Below are positions 45,992-59,934 of a DNA stretch of 64,000 nucleotides, one piece after another. The notes under the pieces were generated by a model that saw only the letters and a list, made by a program, of their open reading frames with translations, searched no databases and was not told the DNA's origin. The stretch covers positions 1,860,402 to 1,924,401 of the forward strand of contig MU062958.1 of NCBI GenBank assembly GCA_013265495.1, in the 5' to 3' direction. The stretch comes from Vicugna vicugna. Lineage: Eukaryota. Every line of letters starts with the position of its first letter. Position 1 is the stretch's first letter. The position numbers were made by a program, and so were the translations under genes.

Positions 45992-48232
45992 TTAATCAGA
46001 GTGGGTGACAGCACTGGCTGGACTCCTAAGCCAGGTAACAGCTGTGTAAGCGGCAGAGTCCAGTCACAAAATGAGAATGAGAGAAACCTTGTCCAAAAAT
46101 TAAGATTTTCAAGAAGACCACAGCACATGTGCTTTACAGCAAGCACGGGGTCCTCCTAAGTGGGGTGGGGGCCCTCTGTGACCGCACAGGTCACCCGCCC
46201 AGGAAGCCGACCCTGCCTGCACCCCACCTGGGACCTGGGAACCTGCGTGTTTTAATGTTCCCAGGGGGTCTGACACAGACAGGGGGTGATCCTCAGATGT
46301 CTTTGGAAAAAAGTCTTCTTCAGCATCCAGTTGACTTTCTAACTCTCCCTTGAGCAAGGCTGGCACAAGAAGGCATCCTTCAGAGGACACCTCAGTGCCA
46401 TTTCTCCAGAACTGGGCACCGCTTTTCCTCCAGACACAGATCCCCTTTGACTCCATCCTACCGAGCAAATCCCTCCTCACCAGGTCCCAGATGAAAGAAG
46501 CACCCCATGGAATGGAAACACCTAGTTCAGGGTTCCCAAGGGCAAGGTCTGGTAGAAAATAAATGACCAGCATCCTTGGTAGGTCAGTGGATTTGGGCTG
46601 GAAGCGTGAGACCGCCCTGGTATGAATCATGACCGATATATATCGCTGGAAAGGCGCTTACGTGATTCAAAGTTTCCATGGAGCTAAAAAAAAAATGAGA
46701 AACATCTGTTGGAGCAGTAAACAGCTGTGCCCCCAAGTTTCCTGGCTCTGAAAGGATGCCAAGGAGGGTGGGGCTCCTCCCACACCTGCTGCTTCCGCTC
46801 TCGTGACAACCCCTACAAGTTCCCCAGCCAGCCCGATGACAGCAGGCTCCTTCCAAACAGGAAAAGAAGCCGTAACTCAAAACCCTCACTTCTTCCAACC
46901 CTGCAGGAAGCCAAGCCTCTCACCGCAGGAGGCTGTTTTGTTTCCTTGTGGAGCGGGCAGGAAGTGGGAGACTTGGAAAAATCTATTGTCAACTGATCTA
47001 TGATGTACTCAGACATCCAGAAGATGGGAGTCAAGGTCCGCGGTTCAGATCATCGACGCGACTTGCGCTTCAGCAACAGAAATTCCATCCGACTGGGCTG
47101 CCGTGTTCAGGATGTGTATTTGGCGTTACCAGGCACTACTCCCAAAATCCAAGAGGAAGTAAAATGGCTCACTCTCCGAAACGTGGATGGATTTTGGAGA
47201 ACCTGTATATGCCTTTTTTTTTCTCTCCTCCTTTGAGCAGACTGGTGATGGTGTTCTTGTTTATATCAACATAGGAAGGAGGTTGGCACAGCTACACATG
47301 AATCACAGCTGAAGAGATTTCCTCTCCAGAGGACACCCGGTCCGAATTTCAAAGATAACTTAATCTTCTGCAAACATGTTGCATCTTCCTGGTTGCCTTT
47401 CTTACCTGTTTGCTTCGTTTCATTTTGTTCTGTCTGTTCAAGCAGGGGGCATCTCCTTACAATTATGCCCAGGAGGCTGGTGCTTAAACAGCCTTCCCAG
47501 AAGGAGGGATCTCCCACCCCATCAGGTTGGGGGGGGCGGGGGTCACAGCTCTAGATCTCCAGAATCAGCCTTTTGCCAGCCACTCCAGGCAGCGTCTTTC
47601 ACCACTAGGGGCCTCCCTAAGAGAAGTGATCGGCGTTGCAGAGACTAAGACTCAGCTTCTCTTTCCTCAATGTATGGTCTCCAGGGAGGTATCAAGCATT
47701 TTATGACTCAAGCAGCCCCAGACTGGTTTGGGCTGGACAGATGCAGGGCCATTAAGGAAGCCTGAGAATTCCTTGGCTAAGAATTCTGGGGCTCGGTCAC
47801 AGCCACCTGGGGCAGAGATCAGGCTTGACCAGCGGTGGCACTGCAACGGGGAGCCAGTGGGACAGTTGGTGCCAGGCTGTGCACCCTCCCCTGCCCGGTT
47901 GCCGTCTCCCTCCTTGTGGTTGGCCTCACTGCCTAGACGCAGACCTGGCAAGATTGGAAGCAGAAGGCTCAGCAGAGGCAAGAAGAGGCACGTGGCGTCA
48001 GCGGCTGTTGGTTATGAACATCACACACATCATGGCCCAAGTTGTCCATGGGTAGTGAGAAGACCATCCAGTAGGAAAACCAACAGCTCACTATTTGCTT
48101 GTCAACCTCAACAGAGGGCCAGGCGAGGTGGCCAGAGGGTATGTGGCCCCAAGGTTGCTTCAGCTTTTCAGCTTTCGGTTACTCATTTGCAAAACAGGGA
48201 AGAACCCAATTGCTGATTTGCATTTGCAAAGG

Positions 48233-48430
48233 TTTTTTTTTTTAACTTTTTTTAACTGAGTTATAGTCATTTTACAATGTTGCTTCAAATTCCAGTGTAG
48301 AGCACAATTTTTCAGTTATACATGAACATACTTATATTCATTGTCACATTTTTTTCTCCTGCTGTGAGCTACCACAAGATCTTGTATCTATTTCCCTGGG
48401 CTCTACAGTATAATCTTGCTTATCTATTCT
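48233..48430 (-). mobile_element. Short camelid-type L1 3' end, antisense
   Basis: Reverse complement resembles the 16487-16871 L1 tail; imperfect TSD gcat(a)ttgcaaagg on both sides. Confidence 0.78.
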
Positions 48431-50455
48431 GCATATTGCAAAGGGTTTTGAGATGACTATCTAGGGGTTACTCTGAGGCTTCTTGAAACTGGAGTGGTTT
48501 TCTAAACCAACACATGTTACAATCTAGTAAGCCCAGGACATATCTAAGCGTGAACACAATCAAGTTGTGTTTATTTTAAAATGCACGTGTGTACATGTAT
48601 GTATGTGTGTGTACACACAGGTATATGCGTGCAGATCAATATAATCACTCACAGTTTTACCTCCCGGCCCCTCTTCAGCAAACTCAAGACAATTTACTCT
48701 AGTGTCTTTAATGACTGACCAGAAAAGACCAAGGCCAAATTCAGGGCCAGCGGCTACCTCTGTTGACCTCTCCAGCATCTTCAATAATATCGCATCTTCA
48801 ATAACAACCCAGTGCTCGGGGAGGCTGAGCTCGGCCCACAGGTGCCGGCACCATGTCCTTTAGCTCTTGAAGATGCCATCGGCAGCTTCCGGCAAGCAGT
48901 AAGTCATGACTGTTTCCTTCTGGGCTGTGGGGTGTGGTCACAGAGCAAATCAGCCTGACTCCAGCTGCATTACCACAAATCGAACATCCCCATGAAAACC
49001 CCAAACGGTGTTGTAGCTAGTGTCTGGTGCTCCCACCCAGTTCCTGGGCCCAACCCCGTTGGGGCTTAGACCAATAACTGTCCAGCCCCGAGGGCAGGGC
49101 GCCCATGAGTCTGCAGAAAGCTGCGACTTGAGAAAGAGAGCGAGCCGTCTCCCATCTGAAAACGGAAGTTTCGCGCGAGGGAGCTGGCTTCCACCGGTGG
49201 CCTGACAACGTCAAGACGACTGCAGTCCTTGAAGCACTTCCTGGTGACCCCAATTATTCTGTTAGTAGCCGTGGTAATAAACACTCAGGAGCACCTCTCT
49301 GCTGACGTCTTCCATAACCCCCCAGGGTCACATACTGCAAACTCCCAGCCCAGAGGCGGAAACCACCTTCCTGCTTAGCTGTTGTCCTGGAGCTGGGCTT
49401 GGCCTGGAAGAGTCTGCCCCTCTAGGGGGTCAGATACGCCAGGAGAAGCAGTCCTTCTCTGGGGGCCACTCCAGGCATCATCTGAGGACCCCTAGAGTCT
49501 TCCTGAGAGCCCGCTCAGGACCAGTGTGCCAGCTGCGGGGAAGGGCAGATTCAGGAACTGCCCCAGTACTTTTGAGTCACTTCCATGTGACCCACGGCAA
49601 AGCCAGAAATAGACCCTTTGATGTGCGGGTCCCTAACTGAGAAGCCGGGCTCACCGGGCCTTCCAGAGGGGGTTCCGGGTTCCGCCGGCCTCCTTCCCTC
49701 CTCCCACTTCCTCTTCCTTTTGGCAAAAGTAAAACACACAGAGAGACAGGGAAGGGCCATCAGGCCTGACATTTCCTGGCTGTCGCTGCCACCGAGTGCT
49801 TCACAGCACCCCAAAGAGGGGACACGGGGGTGCCGGGGAGCAGAAGCCTAGTGCTCATGGCGGGGCTGGGGAGCCGTGCGGGCCGAGCCCTCCAGGAGCC
49901 AGGAGAGGTCAGGGTATAAAGACCTTGCCAGCCCTGCCACCCATGAGGTCTTCCCTTCATTCATTTATTCATCCAGTTCGCGTTTATTGCCTGCTGGCCG
50001 GGTGCCTGGCACCGTGGTGAGAGCCCTGCCCTCAGGAAGCCTCTGTTCGCGTAGGGGAGCCCCACCAGACACAACTTACAGATACAGGTCCTACATCTCA
50101 GCCAGCAGAATGTGCCAATGCCTACGTCATGTCAGAAAATTAAATGATGGTGAGGGGGAAAAAAATCATTCATTACAGGGAATAAGCATCAACGTGCGCC
50201 CACCCCAGGCCAAACTGCTCCACAGACATCTGGATTGACAAACTGGATGGATGAGGGAAGAAGAGGAGGGGAGTGGAAAGAGAGGTTCACCTCAAAGGAG
50301 TCACCCAGGGCGGTTGTCAAACTGCATCTTCATTCGTCACTTGCCAGCATCTTCTGAGGAGGGTTCTGTCTGCACAAAGGCAGCCAGGCCCCCAGGAGAG
50401 GCAGTTGCCCAGCGCCCTGAAAAGCCCAGGTGAGACACGTACCTCCGCCACTTAC

Positions 50456-50576
50456 CCTGTGCCCACTCTGCACCCTGCCAAAGAGCACCTCAGAGGCATC
50501 CAAACCATCAAAGTGTCGGCCCCGCGGCAGTTGGGCCCCGGCCAGGGCCACCACAGTAGGGAAGATGTCCAGCACA
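50456..50576 (-). CDS. ARSG: ARSG exon ([41 protein letters not shown])
   Basis: Minus acceptor ccgcag|, donor AGG|GTAAGT; 121 nt; sulfatase DIFPT...DG motif. Confidence 0.96.
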
Positions 50577-53094
50577 CTGCGGGAAGACCAAGACAGCGTT
50601 GGCCCCAGCTGATCCCAGGCTCTCTTCCCGGTAGCACTGTGTTGAGACCTGCCCGGACGAGCCCAGACTAGCACTGACAGACTCCTGCACAGCCCACCCC
50701 CTCTGCCCGCCTGTCCTTCCTTCGGGTCCCAACTGGATTTCTGCTCCTACGGGAGGCGGGATGGTGTGGTGGTTCAGCACCTGGGCACTGCAGCCAGGTG
50801 CTGCCTGGGCTCACATCCCAGCTCTGCCATCTAGCTGGGCCCTCAAGTGCCTCAGTTTTCTGTTCTCTAAAATGGATGTGTTAATAGTGCTGACCGCACA
50901 GGGTGGTGGTGTGGATGAAACCCATGGGTATGGCATCTTGAAGGCCTGGCAGTCAGCACTCACTGGATGCTTGTATTATAATTACTCACAGGGGCACCCC
51001 TGTAGGCCTATTTAAGCACTAATGGGTTCTACCTGTCACCAACTAGGGCACTGCCACTCGCCAGGAGGGAACAGTGTGTGACAGGTGTCTGCAAGAGGAC
51101 ATTCACCTCCTTCCTTCCTTCCCTGGTCTTTGTGTAGAATGACATCGTGTGTGAAATATCCCATCCTCGTTCATTTAGCTCTTTCATTTCCATTACAAAA
51201 TAGTAAATGTTTATAGTTGGGGGGAAAAAATGACATCCAGAAATAATAAGGAGCAGCACACAGCGTGCATCACCCAAAGGCAGCCCCTGCGAACATTCCG
51301 CTGGGTTTTGTTAATTCGGTTTTCCTTTTTAAGTCGTGCAGTAAAACCGGGCTCTACCACAGGGCCCATGTCCCCCCAGCCTGCTGTGCTCATGTCGGGG
51401 AAAAAACTCTTCAGCAAGAACAGATGGGCCGCCCTTTCAACAGAGCTGTTTACCTGAGAGCCAGACCAACTGACAGTCAGCGGGACTTGATGGACCAGGA
51501 GGGCAGGACCAACGTGAGGCTGAACTTCCCCAGGAAGGAGGGTTGGGACCCCTGAGGCTGTGCCCAGCAGCCGGCTTCAGACTCCCCGCAGGGGAGGCCT
51601 CCAGGGCCACACCTCCTGCTTTCCTCCCGCCTGGGGTCCGGGGAGGGGCACCTCGCCCTCCAAGGGGGGCTGTGGAAGGGACCTGCCACGGGGCTCCCAC
51701 CACCCTCTGCCGGCCTCCTCCTCCTCCTGTCCAGGGCTCTGCCTACAACCCCAGGCAGGACCTCTCCTTTGACTCCGGTACAGACTGCTTCTGGTTTGCC
51801 TTCAGCTTTCACAGTCCACGTGGCTGGTGGCTTAGCACTTGAGATATGCACCCCAGGAGCTGGCGTCCCACACCCAGGCAAAGCCAGGAAGTGCACGGTA
51901 AGCACTTGCAGGGTACAGAACAGTCCAGAGACCTGTCCGGAGTCCAAGGTTCCTGCCACCAGTCGAGCAGCACAGGACCGCAGTGCAGCCTGAACAGACC
52001 GACGGGGCTGGCGCTGTCGGTTTGCACTTTCTCTAAACTGTGCCCCTAGGAGAGATCGGCCTCGCCGATGGGTCAGTCAGAGCCTGGAAAAGGATCTGTG
52101 TTAGATTTCGGAATGCCTGGTACACTTTCTTTCTCCATCTCATCATCGCCCCCCACCTCCACCGTCATGAAGCTTTAGCATCCTAATTACCGAGCACAGA
52201 ACCCTGATGTCTCAGAATTTGGCAGGAACCTCAGAAGTACCTAGTCCACCCAGAGCACAGAGAAAAGCTTCTGGTCCACATCTCCAGCGACGTGCTAACC
52301 CAGCAGTGACTGGCCAGCAGAGGCCATCAAAAAGTCCTTCCTTATGTAATGGGGGAAACCACGCCCCCGAGGGTAGCCCTGGAGGAGGGAGGTCCTCCTG
52401 GGGGACACAGTCCTGAGGCTGGCCCCAGGCCTCAGCTTGAACTTGGAGAAAGAGCATTGGTCCCACAAGGGCCACCAAAGGGACCGCAGCTGTTCCAAAC
52501 CTCAAACCCCACCCTCAGGTCCCTCTCAGAGACCCGACAGCACCGTTTTCAGGGAGCACGGGGGGCCCAGAGCATCAGGAAGACCCAGCTCCAAAGTGTG
52601 TACATCCGTTACAGAGCAGAGCGTGGCTAGAAGTGAGGGTGGGGACAAGGCCCCCTCCCCGACGCCCCCACCACTGCCCACCGCCAGATACAGGGCAGGG
52701 GTGGGGGGACCTTGAAAGGAGACATGTGGCTTGGCCTTGCCCAGGGAGGGTGACACCTAAAGCACCGGGCAGCGACGCGGATGTTGCCATTCTGCAGCTC
52801 CCACTTCCGGGACTCGCTTCTGCGCCTCAGGACAGCACGGAACCAGCCGAATGCCCCTCCCGCATAGCTGCCTGCCTTTTGGACATGAGGAGAGCCATGC
52901 GGTGCCCCCAGGGGACCATCGCTCTCCTGGCTAAGCAGCACCTTTAGCCGTTTCAAACGAGTTTATTTCAAGTCCTTCTCACCGTTCTAGTCACGGTTAC
53001 TTGCCTCTGTTCTGAACACAGATGGGGGCCTCCCAGCCCCAATGCAGAGCCAACCCTGCACCTTTCTGAACGTGACTCCAAGAAATCAAGCAAG

Positions 53095-53308
53095 AGCTGT
53101 GGTTCCCACCCAGCATGACTTTGTCCTCCCAGGGGATACTGGTGCTGCCCAGGGACATTTTGGTGGTCACAGCTGGGGCAGGAGGAGCTGCTGGCCTCTG
53201 TGGGCGGGGTCAGGTATGTCACCAAACATCCTACCAGGCCCAGGACAGCCCCCCCACCACAAAGAACCATCCGGCCTCCAATGTCAACAGCGCCACGGTT
53301 GAAATACT
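53095..53308 (+). mobile_element. MER20 (hAT-Charlie) MITE
   Basis: gactttgtcctcccagggga..gggacattttggtggtcacagctgggg..aaacatcctac..ccacaaagaa..caatgtcaacagcgcc..gttgaaa. Confidence 0.8.
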
Positions 53309-55567
53309 CCCCACTCTGGAGTTTCAGGGTCAAACCTCCAGGCCTCCTTCACGTGTGCTGCCAAGCCCTGCCCTCCGGAAGGGACATCCACTCCTGCTCA
53401 TCAGAACCCTTCTGTCTGATGTGCTGTTACTGCCCCTCCAGTCTTGAGAGCCTTGCGTGACCCGTAGTTGGGCACAACAATCAATCTCCATTGAATAAAG
53501 GAATTCCCCCCATTCTGCAATTGTGCCCCTGGGCTTTGGGGTCAGGGCACCTGTAAGACCCTTCCTTGAGCTGATCACATCACAGGGGTGCACACCTGAG
53601 TATTAACACCAGCTGTATCTAAAGGTAACCAATAAGATGAGTGTGGACCCCTCCTTCCCCAACCCCCAAATGTGATTATATCAACTTGTCCACTGTCTGG
53701 TGGCCATAACGCCTCAGGGCCACTGGGATGTGGGCTTGGAGGGTTCTGGCCTTAGCTTGGGGTGGCTGAAGGGAGTTTTCACTGATCTGGAAGGAGATCT
53801 ATATCCTCTGAGGAACTAGAGTAAGTGACAGGATAGGTGATTATGAACCACAACAGTGGGAGTGCCTGGCTGGGCATCCAAGAACAGGACGCGTGAGCTT
53901 CAGTTTCTTGAATATGGATCATACCATCCTGCTCCTCAGAGCCGACCCCGGGGAGTCCTGCCAATCAGCATGCCCCACCCAAGTCTGCTTCTCATGGATT
54001 CACGTGGGAAAAGAGCAAGAGGATGAATTCTATGAAGACAAACTGTCCTGCTACAATCAAGACTAATTTATCACCAAAAATACCTGCCAAGGGGCTGATC
54101 GGTATTGTCCTGGTAAAATTCCAGGAGCCCCCTAAGCAAATGTTACCTTGCACCAAAACAACTTCCTTTGGCTACTCACCAAACAATCCCCTAAGTCACC
54201 TGTCACCCCTGAGGCCTGAAATTATCAACAAGATGATGCAGTTTTATCTCTGGTGCCGTAGCTGACTGTAGGTACAAACGCCACTCTCAAATGAGAAGCG
54301 CATGCTTGGTTTTTGGTGATGTAACCTGAGAGACGGCTGAGTGATTTGTGCACATCCAGCCCAGCCCGTGAACACTTGGCCTGACTGCACTGAGTCAGCC
54401 CCATAAAAAGCAGCCCGCCTGGCCCTCTTCCTGGCCGGGCTGACCTCCCAAACTCCGGCGTGAGCTGTTGCTGTCACACCTGCTCGCAACCCCCCACCAC
54501 TCGACAGTACAGGGCTGCCTGGCAGTTCCTAAGGGCCCAGAGGCTGCCAGGGACAGTGCCTACTCGGCCCCTACGTCGGCCATCACAGCTGTTTGCCCTT
54601 CCTTTCCCCTGGACTTCAGGGAGCCCACTTCCTCTCCATCCCCGTCCCTCCGGGGACGCTGGAGGAAGACACAGAAGCTTGCTTTCCTCTACCAGGCTGT
54701 ATTCTTTAGGCCGGAACCCGTTTGGTTAACGGTAAAGGACCTTTGGAACTAGTACATTAGCGTTTAACCAGAACAAAAATTCCAAGCACGTGAACAAGCA
54801 GCTGTTTCTACGGAGGACACCACCCCCACTGTCCATGAATATAGGGTAGAACTGCGGAGGGGACGTCCCCCCAGACAAGGGAGAAGTCCCCATTGTAAGT
54901 CACGGTTGCGAAGCTGCGTGGCATTGCCTTCAGAAGAGTGCACCTCAGCCAAGTTCTGTGCCAAGGAGATGGCCTCCTGGATCTGCCTTAATAAGGAGAT
55001 CAGAGGGATCCTGAGATTTTATCACGTTTACAGTCATCCTACGAATAAAAGACGCACCTCATTATAGAAGCTTCTTTGCCAGAGGTAGGAACACTGTCCT
55101 CACCTAAGGATTCATTCCTTCCCTACCAGCCCGGTGGACCCAGCTCCCCCGCATCCTGCCCTCCAGGGCACGAGAACACCTAGACTCCTTTCTTGGGGCC
55201 ACCTGATCACCAGCGACATGATAGCTTGACACAGCCACCCCTAGGACGCCTGCCCTACCCTCAAGGAAGGAGTAATCCTGGCTCATCCTGTAGATGAGCC
55301 ATTCCCTCCTGTCAGCTTGGCCCAGGCCAAAAGGGGAGATGAGGGTTCTGCCCTCCTGTCAACTGCCTCCACCCCATCCCTCTTCACAGAGACATGATCC
55401 CAGAGGATGGCTTGCATTATTGCTCCATGCTGCTACTGTCAGAGTCTGGGAAGCATCAGGGGACACCCGACCGAGGCAGGTGATGGACAAGTCTCTCTTC
55501 CCAAGGTCTCTAGCCACTCAAGCGCCCATGACCTTTCCTTACATCCCAAGGGAGTTTGGGTCTCTTA

Positions 55568-55777
<210 letters not shown>

Positions 55778-58479
55778 TTAGGAACCAGCTACTTTGATTC
55801 CACTAGTGATAGCTTTCAGTATGTGTGCTTTTATTCTACTGGACTCAACACGCATAAATAGCTGCCCATGGCACTCTCTGATAATAATGTCTTCATGCCA
55901 TTTTTAACACTTCACATTGTCTGGCTTGTTTATTGACTGGCCTGTGGTGTGTCCGCTCCCCACGAGACAGCATCAGTCCTGTGCACCCAAGACACAGTTG
56001 GTGCTTACATATATCTGTTGAATAAGTGAATGCCTTCCTGCTGATCACGAAATGACTGTCTAGGATGGAAAAATAAAATTACTTGGAAAGAGATAAAGGC
56101 AGAAACTCCCCCAGTTATTTGGTCCGCCCAGCACCCAAGTGATCTGGCAGAGATTTTGTTGTATTTCGTTCGCTCTGCTTTGCATTTTTTTTCTTGGTTT
56201 GGTTTTTTCTTTTTTTCTTTTCCTTTTTTGGTTTTGAGTGAATGAATGACTTGTTCCTACGTTGTGGAGACAGGATTCGTAATAGCTCCAACCTCTCACC
56301 TCTCGGCGGGAGGTAAGAACAACCTATGTGCAATCTATGAATTTCCACTTGGTAATTAAGGGAATTATTTTTGTAACCACGAAGTCAAAAGTGACCACCA
56401 GGATAATGATGACCAGCGGGCTGGAAGGGATGAGGTCATGTTTCATGGAAACATCCTGAATACACGTTGCGTTGAATTAACCGTGACCATCCCCACCACT
56501 CCCACACACACCCCAACCTCATCCCAGCTGAGCCAAGGATTCCACAAAGTTAGCGTGTAGCGAGCCCTTCCAAGGCAAATGCTGTCTGTGCCTCGCACAT
56601 TCCGTGGTCATGCAACTTCCTTATGTTTGGCTGGCGTGAGTAACAAAGGCGGGGTGACGGGAGGGAGGGGGCGAGGAGACCAAGGCTTCTGTCACTCGGC
56701 CCTCACCCTGAAGCAAACAGAAGCTTTGATGTCCCTGGCCCAGCCACAGCACCGGAAATGCTCAGCATTCCTGGAATTTTCTCATAACCAGCTTTGGAGT
56801 CCCCCGAGTGTGGAAGTAAGAAACAAAACACAAAACAACTCAGGTTGTATGGACTGTTTATGTCGAGGGGTGTAGGGCTCAAGAAGCCACGTGGAGTTGT
56901 GTGGGCTGAGTGGGAAGCTCTTTGACTTGGCCCAGGACTTCTCAAATACCTTCCTCCTCTCCAGAGCCATGCCTCCCAGGAACACCTAGAGAGCCCACCC
57001 CCGACCACTCACGCGTGCGGAACAGACCCCAGCGCCACGCAGAAGGCACGTGCACGTGGCCCTGGAATGCATGACTTACGCTGCAGACACCGCGGCTTCA
57101 GGCCAGAGAGCAGGGCGGAAGCCTCTATGATCGCACGTGCTCGGGCTCTGCGGGGAATTCCTCCCCCACGAGAGGCATGTGTATGGAAGCTTGGGGAATA
57201 GATGGGTGAAAATATGGAGCCCATTTATTTACACGCTCCCGGAGCACAAAACTCAAACGGACTTGCTTACTCAGCCTTTGAGGCCAGATGCTAAGCAAAG
57301 GCGAAGGTTTCAATTCAAGAAACAAGCCGGTCGTTCCGAGGGTCAACCAGAAGGCCAGGGCTGGGGGCTGGCACTGTGATTGGCTATGGGCACCAGAGTC
57401 AGCACGCAGGGCTGGGTCTCTGCCTCAGAGAAGTTTTCAGAAGGGTACACGAGCCCCTAATTAATAAGTCTTCACCACTAGGAGTTCTGCTCATTTGCCA
57501 TAATCTTTTGTATTGTTCTTTTTCAGAGGATTAACTTTACTAATTCGTTTTCAGAGAGAAGTATTTCAATGTGTTTGCCCTATTTCAGCACAGAGTCGGA
57601 AGCTTGGAGAGGGTATGAGGAATTCAGCTAGTTATAAAACGTGAATGTGTCAACAGGGTGGGCTTACAAAGATTCAGTTGAGACAAACAGATAAAGTAGG
57701 TTGGCAGCGAGAAGCCTCTCGATGTGGACACATGAGGGGAAATCCCCCACTGTGTCGTCAAGACTGGCCAGCTGGTACTGGCTATACCTTGAGTTCTGGC
57801 TTTAACAGAAGGACACAGTTCTCTATTCCAGCCATGCCCACAAACCTTGTACTTGAAAGGAATTTATCTTTAAAAAGTCCAGAGTGTGGTAAGCAATTAT
57901 AAAAAAAAAAAAATCCCCCACAGCGTGGACATCATCTCACTCCAAATTCCGGTATCTCACTGGCACTGCTAGGGGTGGACCAACTTAAAAAGAGTTGACC
58001 AGCATTCTCCATGGGTCCCCAGGGTTGATGCTTAATAACCAAGCATCTGATTATCAGAAACATCTAACAGTGTGTGTTGTGGTTTATTTGCACCAGCATA
58101 TACTGAAACCCATGGTAGCTGGCCCAGGTCCCCTAATTCTCTTCTTCAGTGATACCTGCTCCTACTAATGGAAACTCATTCCGAGTTAAACATAATAATA
58201 ACGGCAACCATAATCTCTCCTATTGTTTGAGCCCTTCCTAAGCACCAAAGTAAGTGCACCTAAGGATAATGCTAAGAGTTTCTACCATTATCTCATTTAA
58301 TCCTCATGACAACTTTGTGAGCCAGGCACTATTATCCCCATTCCTCAGATGAAGCTCAGAAAGGTTAAGTAATTTGTCCAAGGTCACACAGCAAGCAAAC
58401 AGGAGAGTCAGGATATGAATCCAAGTCTAATGACAATGCCAGCACCCTCACCCATTAAATCTTCTAGGACCTTCTAGGA

Positions 58480-58640
58480 CAGCGGTTCCCATCCCTGAAT
58501 GCATATTCAAATCACTAAGGAAGCTTTTGAGAAATACCCATGCCAAGGTCCCTTTCCCAGAGATTGTGACTTAATTGGCTTGCGGTGGGGCCTGGATATC
58601 AGTACCTTATAAAGCTCTCCTGATGATTTAATGGAGAGCA
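58480..58640. mobile_element. MER5A-like hAT MITE; further copies at about 9810-9900, 39230-39420 and 59270-59412
   Basis: cagcggttccca..gaatgcatattcaaatcac..cccagagatt..gacttaattgg..gggtggggcctgg pattern. Confidence 0.65.
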
Positions 58641-59811
58641 CACCTGTTCCAGGGCAAAGGTGAGGAGGGCAAAGGGCAAAAACCAAAAAGTGGACACCAT
58701 GCTTTTCGAAACTAAATGTAGCTTATGTGCTTTCTGATGACAGGGTTTATATTGCATGCACCTTAATACCTTTATGCCACGGGATCATAAATGTGACCCT
58801 ATACGTCATCCTGAGTAAGAACAATAGATAAATCCCTAAATTAAAATAGGGACTTTTTAAATTTCAAAATCCATTCGTTAGCTTGGAGCAACCTTACAAC
58901 TTCGATCAGTGGCACTGGCACATGAAAAGTGTCAGTGGCGTTTGGCTTTCCGTCGGGGAAGGCACATCTCAGGGTCATGAGAATTCATTTCAATGCACTT
59001 GTGGTTAGTTATGACTCTAATTAAGGCAGAACCTCTTACTTAAAGCAATAAATATTTAGCCTCAGCAACCAAAATATAAACAGAACCATGATTCATGAAT
59101 TTGCTTACTTGTTCTTCCCTGGCTACGGAAGTGAAACGGCATTCTGTGATGCATCAAGGAAAGGGCAGGCTGAGGAAGACTCACCACAGCCTACGCTTAG
59201 GAATAGTGGTCCCTCCCAGGAAGGACCCAAAGGCCATGTTTCTCTGAGTCAGAAAGGCAGCGATGCTCAGACGGAGGCTGGCAAACTTCTCCGTACGGGG
59301 AGCCGCCTGCAGGACCCCCCGGAGATTCTGATTTCCTAAGTCTTGGGTGGGGCTCTGATTCCAGGTCATTCTGACACCAATGGTCTGAGGACCAGAATTT
59401 GAGAACCATTAGTCAGGTAGATGGGAGGACGCCTTTTCATTGCGAGGCCCTGGGCAGAATTCTTAGCAACCCTTGGTCTGAACCTCCCCAGCCACGAAGT
59501 GGGGAGGGGGGTGGAAATGACTGTACTGACCTCATGGGATTCTGGGGAACGTTCCCGTGAGCTAATGCATATAAAGTTCTCAGTCAGGTCCTCTCCCACA
59601 GTGCCTACCACGGAAGTGCCCAACACACGCAATCCAAAAAACCCCCAGCAAAACAAAACCAAAAACGCAACAAAATTACCTACAGAGAGACAAGAGCAGA
59701 AGTTGCAAACGCAATCCATATGCTAAACTCCGCCCCCTTGACGGTTCGGTTTGGCATAAATCATATTTTTTATATGACTTTTTTTTTAAAGCAGTCTAGT
59801 TTTATGTACTT

Positions 59812-59934
59812 GGGGTGGGGGGAGAGGGGAGGTAATTAGGTTTATTTATTTTAATAATGGAGGTACTGGGGGTTGAACCCAGGACCTCACGCATGCTAGA
59901 CGTGCGCTCTACCACTGAGCTCTGCCCTCCCCCC
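59812..59934 (-). mobile_element. tRNA-derived camelid-type (Vic-like) SINE
   Basis: Reverse complement reads gggggagggcagagctcagtggtagagcgcacgtctagcatgcgtgaggtcctgggttcaacccccagtacctcc, with the aataaataaacctaattacctcccc tail. Confidence 0.88.
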
